Origin: a candidate division WOR-3 bacterium
GTDB lineage: Bacteria; Hydrothermota; Tepidihabitantia; SM23-42; JAOAFX01
Direction of reading: 5' to 3'
Assembly: GCA_037444665.1 (NCBI GenBank)
Contig: JBBILZ010000038.1
Coordinates: forward strand, 1 to 25,629
Length of the DNA stretch: 25,629 nt
In this document: one piece after another, positions 1 to 6,830 of the stretch
How the letters are laid out: every line of letters begins with the position of its first letter
Position numbering within the stretch: position 1 is the first letter of the stretch
Notes under the pieces: generated by a model
Seen by the model: only the letters and a program-made list of their open reading frames with translations
What the model was told of the DNA's origin: nothing
Database searches by the model: none
Program-made: the position numbers and the translations under genes

Positions 1-94
1 CAATATACCCGTCAACCACTGGTGCAACCTCACAAAACCGCACCTCAAGGGATTTGTTTGCCGAACATAATAAAAAGATTATTAAAAAATCCAT
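1..94 (-). CDS. 5' end (window-truncated) of a second copy of the DUF5916/CBM9-like outer-membrane protein
   Basis: nt 1-105 match 8840-8944 with one substitution (pos 11); same ATG (92-94) and AGGAGG RBS; reads MDFLIIFLLCSANKSLEVRFCEVAPVVDGYI. Confidence 0.85.
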   Translation of the reverse strand, partial: MDFLIIFLLCSANKSLEVRFCEVAPVVDGYI

Positions 95-439
95 AAACCT
101 CCTTTTCCTGTAAAATTACCATACTTGAAGCCAATAAGCGTCTGAATTCAATTTATATACACTCATTAATAATGTATTCCACAATTTTCATGAAAAAGTT
201 CCAATATATTTAATATTAATAAGACTCCCGGGATCATCTGCAACATTCAAAAATAAACACCAAACCTATTTTGTTATCAATGCTTAGGTATGATGATAAA
301 TAAGCCAATGCAAGATAAGTAAAGAATTTGGTAGGATGTAGAATCAGCAAGTAATGTAAGTAGGAGATTGTAAAGCGCTATCACAAGATCTGTTTTTTGC
401 CATAAAGAAATTTTTGTGTTTGCATTTTTATAATAATTA

Positions 440-1210
440 TTACAATTTTTTCGCAACGATAATCATTCTTTTTCCCCCAACGAAGGGTTTCCTATTATAG
501 TCACTAAACACATCAACAATTTTTAATCCGCTGGTCAACATTAATTCTCTCATTTCAGGATACAAAGTGTAGCGTAGTTGAAAAAAGTATGCATAATGGT
601 CTCCTGTTGCGTTTTTGTTATTAATTTGTTGATATATGTAGTTTACACACAATATTTGCGTATTGTAATTATATCGCAATTCCTCAATTTTCTTAAATGC
701 TATGCCTTTTTTTCTATCAATTATTTTGTATTGAGCATTTTTTTCCCTGAAGGCGAAAGAGGGAATAAAAGTTTCATTTATAAACACTCCATTTTTTTCT
801 AAATGCTGACGAACATTTTTCAACACTTGCAATTGTTCCTCCTTACTAATTATGTGCATAAAGGTGTTAAATACACATATAATTAACGAAAACCTTCTCC
901 TTAAGGTAAAATTCTGCATTTGAGCATGGACCAATTCGATATTTTTCTGAACAGCCTGTGGCCTTTGGGCAATTTTATCTTTCGCAATTTTCAGCATATG
1001 CAGAGAATTATCAATTCCAGTAACTTTTATACCTGCCTCGGCTATTGGAATTATAATTCTGCCTGTACCACAACCCAATTCTAACACTCTACCCTCTTGT
1101 TTTTTGGCATATGCGAGTATAAAAGGGATGTCATCTACTTTGTCGCTGAATTCTATGTCATAAAGATTGGCATAGAAATTATTTCCGTCGCGCATTAACA
1201 AATTATTCAT
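440..1210 (-). CDS. Class I SAM-dependent methyltransferase
   Basis: Motif I VLELGCGTGR, post-I TGIDNS, motif II FSLIICVFNTFMH; 256 aa; directly downstream of the radical SAM gene. Confidence 0.92.
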   Translation of the reverse strand: MNNLLMRDGNNFYANLYDIEFSDKVDDIPFILAYAKKQEGRVLELGCGTGRIIIPIAEAGIKVTGIDNSLHMLKIAKDKIAQRPQAVQKNIELVHAQMQNFTLRRRFSLIICVFNTFMHIISKEEQLQVLKNVRQHLEKNGVFINETFIPSFAFREKNAQYKIIDRKKGIAFKKIEELRYNYNTQILCVNYIYQQINNKNATGDHYAYFFQLRYTLYPEMRELMLTSGLKIVDVFSDYNRKPFVGGKRMIIVAKKL

Positions 1211-1272
1211 TTACACTGATTACGTAAAAGTTCATAATTAAGAAAGTTTCGCCGTAAAATCCGAAATTGATG

Positions 1273-2226
1273 TCACTGGTTCCGAAGCCTATTAAACCAC
1301 GATACAAATTTTTCATTAATAATTTTATCATTAAGTGCCCTTTTGACTAAATTATATAATGAATTGCATCCAGTGTAAAGACCCAAAGAGACTTTCATTG
1401 GAGTTAGTTGGACATTCCTTTTATAGTCCACACTAATGCCAAATGGAATTTTTTGATTATCAAATTTCGCATTTGCGGTATCTTGTACAAATTCACATTG
1501 GTCGTTTTCATGTAAGGCGAATACATAACTTTGGCCAAAGTAATTTCCCAAACATTCAAATTTTTTTTCTATAGTGCTTACTTCTGATAAAAACTCGCTT
1601 TGAGTAATAGATAGAAACTGTTCATTAATTTCGCCTCTGCCATCTTTATCCACTTTGCATATATTAAAAAACCGAGCCCCCATATCTTTGGCTAAAAGCG
1701 CTGTCTTTAAGGCATCTCCAATGTTATGTTTGTTTGACACCATCGTAATTGCAAATTGTATTTTTTTGAATTCCGATAAAATTTTTAGGCCAGATATTAT
1801 TCTATCGTAAGTACCTTGGCCCCTCACTCGATCATTTATTTTAGATTCAGAACCATCTAAGCTTACATATAAATTATGTCTAAATCCAACATCGTATAAC
1901 TTTTGTAATGTGGTTTTTGTTAATAAAGACCCATTCGTACTAATTGATGGTAAAATATTAAGGCTGCGTATATATTTTATTATATTGATAAAATTAGGAT
2001 GCGCAAATGGCTCACCACCGCCCACATATAAAGTCAATACCCCTAACTTTTTAATATCCTTAATTATGCCTACAATCTCAGGAAACGATAAAAATATATT
2101 GATTTCAGGGCTAGAGTTGGAATAACAATGAAGACACCTAAAATTGCAATAACCAGTAATTGCAATATGAGCTCCTCTAAAATATATTTTCTCTTTAATA
2201 GTTACGGTATTTCTGAATGATACCAA
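1273..2226 (-). CDS. Radical SAM protein without a Cys-rich SPASM domain; candidate peptide maturase
   Basis: CNFRCLHC (CxxxCxxC), GGGEPF, STNG and VSLDG motifs; TTG start with GGAG RBS at 2232-2235; C-terminus has only scattered Cys. Confidence 0.9.
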   Translation of the reverse strand: MVSFRNTVTIKEKIYFRGAHIAITGYCNFRCLHCYSNSSPEINIFLSFPEIVGIIKDIKKLGVLTLYVGGGEPFAHPNFINIIKYIRSLNILPSISTNGSLLTKTTLQKLYDVGFRHNLYVSLDGSESKINDRVRGQGTYDRIISGLKILSEFKKIQFAITMVSNKHNIGDALKTALLAKDMGARFFNICKVDKDGRGEINEQFLSITQSEFLSEVSTIEKKFECLGNYFGQSYVFALHENDQCEFVQDTANAKFDNQKIPFGISVDYKRNVQLTPMKVSLGLYTGCNSLYNLVKRALNDKIINEKFVSWFNRLRNQ

Positions 2227-2276
2227 TTTAACTCCAAGATTGGCGTCTTTCGCTTCGTATGGTAAAAAAAGAAGTG

Positions 2277-2311
2277 ATAGGGAGGGATTTTATATATTTC
2301 ACCCTCCCTAT
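2277..2311 (-). terminator. Terminator-like stem-loop between the peptide ORF and the radical SAM gene
   Basis: 10-bp inverted repeat ATAGGGAGGG (2277-2286) / CCCTCCCTAT (2302-2311); CACTTCTTTTTTT follows on the - strand. Confidence 0.7.
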
Positions 2312-2345
2312 TAAATCTCCTTTTAGCCTAACGTATCTCAAATTA

Positions 2346-2486
2346 CTACGGAAGTGGTACATCTCTTCCGCGTTCTGCTGGATCGATACTCCATACATTT
2401 TCATTATTGGTATCGATCTCATTGGGCAAGATAACAACGCCCAATCGTCCCAACAAACCTAATAAATGCTGGAGCAATATCTGCAT
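2346..2486 (-). CDS. 46-aa putative RiPP precursor MQILLQHLLGLLGRLGVVILPNEIDTNNENVWSIDPAERGRDVPLP (not in ORF track)
   Basis: Hand-translated; AGGAGGT RBS 4 nt before ATG; tandem stops TAG TAA; first ORF with a consensus RBS after the sigma54 promoter, followed by a hairpin then rSAM + methyltransferase. Confidence 0.75.
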   Translation of the reverse strand: MQILLQHLLGLLGRLGVVILPNEIDTNNENVWSIDPAERGRDVPLP

Positions 2487-2540
2487 TTTAACCTCCTATG
2501 TCTCCTATGTCTATATTGGTTATAACATTTTTTTATTTTT

Positions 2541-2680
2541 ACCCCGGCCCCCGAGGATTACGACCTTTTTGAAGGACCCTTTTCGCTGCTGATTTTTGTA
2601 GGCAGGTCTTTAATACAACCAGCATCTAAACCCACAAACCAATAACCATGCCTTTTAAACAGCAGGGGTCAGGGCCGGAA
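2541..2680 (-). ncRNA. Putative structured cis-regulatory leader RNA, copy 1
   Basis: 138/140 identical to 5951-6090; nested pairings CCGGCCC/GGGCCGG, GACCC/GGGUC, CUGCUG/CAGCAG, AGGCA/UGCCU; lies between the sigma54 promoter and the first gene. Confidence 0.55.
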
Positions 2681-2730
2681 CAGTCTGGTCTATCTGGTTT
2701 CTCTGGTTTTTTTAGTTTTTCTGGTTTCAT
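2681..2730. repeat. Degenerate 9-bp tandem repeat (e.g. TCTGGTTTC, TCTGGTCTA)
   Basis: Visible 9-nt periodicity; the homologous tract at 6091-6176 is 36 nt (4 units) longer. Confidence 0.75.
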
Positions 2731-2796
2731 AATTCCTCTCTGCCTTTCTTTGCCTTCAGTTACCCTTAATTGCCCTGTCATTTCTATCCCCAATTC

Positions 2797-2890
2797 TTTT
2801 TCGCCTTCTTTAGCCATATTTAGCCCCTTTTCGCCATATTTAGCCCCTTTTCGCCATATTGAGCCCTTTTGAGCCTTTTTTCGCCATCTA
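2797..2890. repeat. 10/20-bp tandem repeat (TAGCCCCTTTTCGCCATATT)
   Basis: 2821-2840 is identical to 2841-2860, flanked by degenerate 10-mers of the form nnGCCnnnTT. Confidence 0.85.
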
Positions 2891-2901
2891 CGGATTATAT
2901 A

Positions 2902-2918
2902 TGCAAAAACCGTGCCAG
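2902..2918 (-). promoter_or_regulatory. Sigma54 (-24/-12) promoter, cassette C
   Basis: CTGGCACGGTTTTTGCA matches the YTGGCACGrNNNTTGCW consensus; identical at 6384-6400 and 13120-13136. Confidence 0.9.
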
Positions 2919-3007
2919 GTGTAAAGTGCTGAAATTTCAAGACTTTGAATTTTTTAGCTGATGGCTAATATCAGTAACTCTAAAACAGTGTCGATTTTCT
3001 TCGGAAA

Positions 3008-3040
3008 TCAACTATTTTCTTCCGGGCAGAAAATAGTTGA
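3008..3040. other. 13-bp perfect inverted repeat (terminator of the 758-aa gene, or an operator of cassette C)
   Basis: TCAACTATTTTCT-N7-AGAAAATAGTTGA; only a weak U-tract. Confidence 0.5.
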
Positions 3041-3086
3041 AGTACTAATAACCATACCATGATTTTCAACTTTTCAAACTATATTA

Positions 3087-5363
3087 TTATCGTATTACTG
3101 ATCTTTTATAGAGCAATAAATTTAAAAAAACAATAACATATAAGCAAGCAGCAATTAAGAAATTGTATTTATAACCAAAATATTGAGCAACAATCATAGC
3201 AAATACGCTACCGAAAACTGACATAATACCATTTATTCCATAAGCAACACCTATATCAGCATTGTGCTGTTTAGCAAACATAGCAATTATCATTGGGAAA
3301 AACATCCCCATTGGAAAACCTATGATTATTGTTATGATACCAACAAAAATAATTTGTAATACTTCATTTATACTGCCTAAGTTTAACATTAAAAAATCAA
3401 TAAAAAGGAATAGTAGTAACCCTATAACCGGCATCAATATTAAAATAATTCTCTTCCTATAATGTATGCTAAATAAGCCACCCAGACTACAGGCAACCAA
3501 AAAACTGAATAACACAACACCAAAAGACAATAATGGCTTGCCTAAAAAATAAATAAATTTTTGAATTATTGAAACTTCCATTAACATAAAACCAGCACCC
3601 AGTAGATAGAAATTTGATATTAATAAATAGTTACCTTTTCTTTTAAGGGACAGCAACATTAAAATTGCCAAAATAGCGGTAATAATACATAAACTAATAA
3701 ATGACCAGTGCGGACTCCTGGAAAAATCAAAGAAGAACGGTTTTTCATCAATTACTGGTTTAATATTAATACCCTCATTCTTCTGCACCCTATTAATAAA
3801 ATACTCTAACTCGCCTAATGAAGCGAATTTTATATCCATTTTTTCATTTACAAAAGGCAGAAATTTAACAATAAGATTTCTTTTAAGAGATTCATTTTTT
3901 ATAGCCTCTGCCATAAGCGTATCTATTTCATTTTTGAAAAATAGTATCAAATATCTGTACGGTGAATCAGTTAGAAAATTCTGAATAATTGCCAGATGTT
4001 TATATGTATCAGACATATTTATACCTGACTCTTGCAAGGCAAAAGTCATTGTGGTGATTGATCGCAAAAGGAATGGATATGTCTCACAAAAAAGTGCAAC
4101 CACACCATTCGGTTTTAAATGATTATAATAATCTTTATACGCTTCTACGGTATGAAGATAACTCTCCGCATAGGGTATTCCAGTTTTTGTAGTTGTATTA
4201 GTCAATGAAAGGCTCAAAAAAATTAAATCATATTTTTGCTTATTTCTCCTTAAAAAATTTCTACCCTCTCCATCCGTAAATTTTAAGCGTGGATTATTTA
4301 ATATATTTCCATTAAAATCTTTGTATTCTTCCAAGATTTTTCTAATACTGGGATTTATCTCTACCGCATCAATTCTATTCATTCCAGCAATTTCACCAAG
4401 GATTATATCAAGCCCACCTCCAGGACCGATACTGAGAAAGTTTTCTTTTAATGTAAATTCAAATGGGAGATAATTAATTGTGTTTTTAAGCCATTTTAGA
4501 TTTTCAAAACCAGCACGAGCATTAAACATAATTGAAGGTGCACCACCATCCACAAAAATTGCCTTTGTTTCTAAGTTATTTCTGTAGATTATGATATCGG
4601 TCCTAAACACATAACTCCAATAGGTCTTTTCAATCCGGGCATTTTTGTTTTTTTGCAATAATTGAACCATTACTTTTCTACCTTGATTTGACGGAATCTT
4701 ATCAAAAGGAATGTCAATGAATTGCGTTTTAATATTAATGAGAAAAAGTATAAATAAAACAACAAATCCAATCGTATAGTTCGGTTTCCTCAATGCCAAT
4801 ATTATGGTAACCAAAACAATTAATTGGTATATCAGGATAACATTTATTGGATTAAATATATTGAGGAGAAATATACTGATCAATACACCAATGCCCGCAC
4901 CAAACAGGTCGGAAAAATACACTACACCAACATAATTAAAAAATAAACGGTAATAAATACTTATAATTATTCCAGCAAGAAGGAACTGCGGCAAGAAGAT
5001 GCATGCCATGATTACCGCGTGAGTTAGTAAGATTGGCAGTAATAGAGGTACAAATAACGGAATAAAAAAAGCAAGACCGTATAATATGCAAATTAATAGT
5101 ATATGTTTCTCCCCTAAATCAAATTTTGATGTTAGCAAACCGCCAAATCCATAACCCAGAAGTGCTATAGAAATAGATAAAAAGATATAATAGTTGCTGA
5201 AGATTAATGAAAAATACCTGGTAATGGTGATTTCAAAGCCTAGACTCGTAAGTGAAATAACAAATAATATTATGCTTGAGTTCAATAGACACATTATATT
5301 TGGTATAGTATTTTGGTTACTTATTTTTTCTTCCCAATACACTGTTATTATTATATCCAACAT
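3087..5363 (-). CDS. Polytopic membrane protein with a central spermidine-synthase-like (class I SAM-fold) domain
   Basis: N- and C-terminal hydrophobic helix blocks (Y-F-S-D-L-F-G-A-G-I-G; LGAGFMLMEV; GFPMGMFFP; YGINGIMSVFGS); central LSIGPGGGLD, DAVEINP, EGRNFL, YDLIFLS; true start may be the later Met (MCLLNSS). Confidence 0.8.
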   Translation of the reverse strand: MLDIIITVYWEEKISNQNTIPNIMCLLNSSIILFVISLTSLGFEITITRYFSLIFSNYYIFLSISIALLGYGFGGLLTSKFDLGEKHILLICILYGLAFFIPLFVPLLLPILLTHAVIMACIFLPQFLLAGIIISIYYRLFFNYVGVVYFSDLFGAGIGVLISIFLLNIFNPINVILIYQLIVLVTIILALRKPNYTIGFVVLFILFLINIKTQFIDIPFDKIPSNQGRKVMVQLLQKNKNARIEKTYWSYVFRTDIIIYRNNLETKAIFVDGGAPSIMFNARAGFENLKWLKNTINYLPFEFTLKENFLSIGPGGGLDIILGEIAGMNRIDAVEINPSIRKILEEYKDFNGNILNNPRLKFTDGEGRNFLRRNKQKYDLIFLSLSLTNTTTKTGIPYAESYLHTVEAYKDYYNHLKPNGVVALFCETYPFLLRSITTMTFALQESGINMSDTYKHLAIIQNFLTDSPYRYLILFFKNEIDTLMAEAIKNESLKRNLIVKFLPFVNEKMDIKFASLGELEYFINRVQKNEGINIKPVIDEKPFFFDFSRSPHWSFISLCIITAILAILMLLSLKRKGNYLLISNFYLLGAGFMLMEVSIIQKFIYFLGKPLLSFGVVLFSFLVACSLGGLFSIHYRKRIILILMPVIGLLLFLFIDFLMLNLGSINEVLQIIFVGIITIIIGFPMGMFFPMIIAMFAKQHNADIGVAYGINGIMSVFGSVFAMIVAQYFGYKYNFLIAACLYVIVFLNLLLYKRSVIR

Positions 5364-5390
5364 ATTGCAGAAATCAAGTAGTTGTTAGAA

Positions 5391-5437
5391 AAATAAAAAA
5401 GTACCGGGGAGTCTTTTTTTATATCTCCCCGGTACTT
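5391..5437 (-). terminator. Intrinsic terminator after the small secreted-protein gene
   Basis: 13-bp stem AAGTACCGGGGAG (5399-5411) / CTCCCCGGTACTT (5425-5437), followed by a U-rich tract on the - strand. Confidence 0.8.
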
Positions 5438-5467
5438 CACCTATTGAATGATTATATGAATTACCGA

Positions 5468-5883
5468 TTAATTGCCAGCATCATTTGGTGGAGGGGGCGT
5501 TGATCTTGTGCATTGAAAATTGTAAGACCCAAGATCCCAGTGAGGCTGCCAGGTATAAGATGGACTCCAATCTGAATATTTAGACACACCATTCTCTACA
5601 ATGTGTGCATAGGCTCTGAATGTTCCTGATTGAAGACCTGTCTCACAGTTTATCAGAAACCAACTATTTCCGCTTGTATATTCGTATGCTGTAGTATCTA
5701 CTGTTCCTGTGCTATACCTAACAACAATCTTTCGGAATTGATTACCCGCCCCTTGTCCCTGACTATTATAAACATATCCATTCAATCCACACTTGGTTCT
5801 GGGATCGTGGTGCTTGTTTGCAGCGTTTAAAAAAATGCAAAACCAATGCACAGCATTATGATTAGGGCAAAGTATTTCCTCAT
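5468..5883 (-). pseudogene. Small secreted protein (~138 aa) frameshifted in a T7 tract at 5829-5835
   Basis: AGGAGG RBS + ATG at 5883 gives MRKYFALIIMLCIGFAFF* (signal-peptide-like); one extra T joins it to LNA-ANKHHDPRTKCG... of the track ORF 5468-5923. Confidence 0.7.
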
Positions 5884-5950
5884 AAAAACCTCCTATGCTT
5901 TTGAATGAAGTATGATACTTCATTCATATCCTAATGCTTTTTATTATTGC

Positions 5951-6090
5951 ACCCCGGCCCCCGAGGATTACGACCTTTTTGAAGGACCCTTCTCGCTGCT
6001 GATTTTTGTAGGCAGGTCTTTAATACAACCAGCATCTAAACCCACAAACCAATAACCATGCCTTTTAAACAGCAGGGGTCAGGACCGGAA
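5951..6090 (-). ncRNA. Putative structured cis-regulatory leader RNA, copy 2
   Basis: Differs from copy 1 at two sites: one in a predicted bulge (5992) and one changing C-G to a U-G wobble on the - strand (6084). Confidence 0.55.
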
Positions 6091-6176
6091 CTGTTTGGTC
6101 TATCTGGTTTCTCTGGTCTATTTGGTCTTTTTGGTCTGTTTAGTCTTTCTGGTTTATTTAGTTTATCTGGTTTCAT
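6091..6176. repeat. Degenerate 9-bp tandem repeat, expanded copy
   Basis: Units such as TTTGGTCTA, TCTGGTTTC, TTTAGTCTT. Confidence 0.75.
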
Positions 6177-6205
6177 AGTTCATTTCTGCCTTTCTTTGCC
6201 TTCAA

Positions 6206-6300
6206 TTGCCATTTTTCCCTTCTTTTCCCTTCTTTACCCTTCTTTACCCCTTTTTACCCCTTTATACATAGCCTTCTTTAGCCATCTTTCGCCTATTTAG
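6206..6300. repeat. Degenerate 10-bp pyrimidine-rich tandem repeat (CCCTTCTTTW, GCCWTCTTT)
   Basis: Visible 10-nt periodicity; positionally equivalent to 2797-2890. Confidence 0.7.
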
Positions 6301-6383
6301 TTAATCTCGTTCCTTCATTTCGTTTTTTTATTTTTTAAACCAGCATCTCAACCCAAACCCAATAACTATCTGGCAAATATATA

Positions 6384-6400
6384 TGCAAAAACCGTGCCAG
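6384..6400 (-). promoter_or_regulatory. Sigma54 (-24/-12) promoter, cassette B
   Basis: CTGGCACGGTTTTTGCA, consensus match. Confidence 0.9.
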
Positions 6401-6438
6401 GTGCAAGGTGTTGAAATTTCAAGAGTTTTAATTTTTCT

Positions 6439-6534
6439 TGTGCCATTTTTGGCACAGAGTTATCCACATTTTTTCCACAAAATCACGCAAACGCAGGACA
6501 GTTCAGCATCTATACGAGTGCCAAATTTGGCACA
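6439..6534. promoter_or_regulatory. Two palindromic putative upstream activating sequences GTGCCA-N4-TGGCAC
   Basis: TGTGCCATTTTTGGCACA (6439-6456) and AGTGCCAAATTTGGCACA (6517-6534), upstream of the sigma54 promoter. Confidence 0.65.
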
Positions 6535-6666
6535 ACCCCCAATTTTTGCCTGATTTTTACCAGCCAAGACGAAAACCCTACGAAATTTCAAAAATTTTGT
6601 TGAAACTTTTGAATAAAAATTTGCTAAATTTTTGCTACACTTTTTGACCTGCTGATTTTTTATTTT

Positions 6667-6771
6667 GTCATTCTGACTCTGAGCGGAGCGAAAGGAAAGA
6701 ATCTGTAATTGAGATTCTTCGCCCGCCACTCTCCGCCACACTTCTTGGCGGATTGGCGGGCTCAGAATGAC
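6667..6771. repeat. REP/RPE-like palindromic intergenic element
   Basis: Ends GTCATTCTGA...TCAGAATGAC with inner AAGAATCT/AGATTCTT and GCCCGCCA/TGGCGGGC stems; GC-rich against an AT-rich background. Confidence 0.7.
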
Positions 6772-6830
6772 AGGTAGGATGTTGCTTGCCCTTTTTGCCT
6801 CCAATGCCTTCAATTGCCCCCAATTGCCTT

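Noticed and set aside
106..439. Short hydrophobic reading frame on - (…LWQKTDLVIALYNLLLTLLADSTSYQILYLSCIGLFIIIPKH*), possible decayed membrane-protein gene
   Set aside because: No clear start or RBS, short, and such frames arise easily in AT-rich DNA; cannot be supported without a homology search.
2228..2437. Track ORF of 69 aa as the rSAM precursor
   Set aside because: TTG start without RBS and it runs through the hairpin; the overlapping 46-aa frame (2346-2486) has a consensus RBS and stops before the hairpin.
2666..2681. GGTCAGG(G/A)CCGGAA resembling SRP RNA domain IV on the + strand
   Set aside because: The required following GGAAGCAGC is absent, and the wobble pattern favours folding on the - strand.
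2681..2890. Tandem repeats as a CRISPR array
   Set aside because: Units are 9-20 bp, contiguous, with no unique spacers and no cas genes.
2626..2940. 104-aa ORF (-) and the + strand ORFs 2648-2872 and 6058-6300
   Set aside because: The 104-aa ORF starts upstream of the sigma54 promoter, and all three are open mainly because of low-complexity repeats; only the short internal uORF is kept as a weak finding.
5884..5923. Track start (MKYHTSFK...) for the 151-aa ORF
   Set aside because: No RBS; the AGGAGG-ATG at 5883 with a signal peptide explains the locus better.
6439..6534. TGGCAC half-sites as extra sigma54 promoters
   Set aside because: None has TTGC at the required -12 spacing on either strand; treated as operator palindromes.
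6438..6813. ORFs 6438-6647 (+) and 6460-6813 (-); likewise 13047-13268 and 13076-13309
   Set aside because: They overlie enhancer palindromes, promoters or REP-like DNA, lack RBS and have no protein-like motifs.
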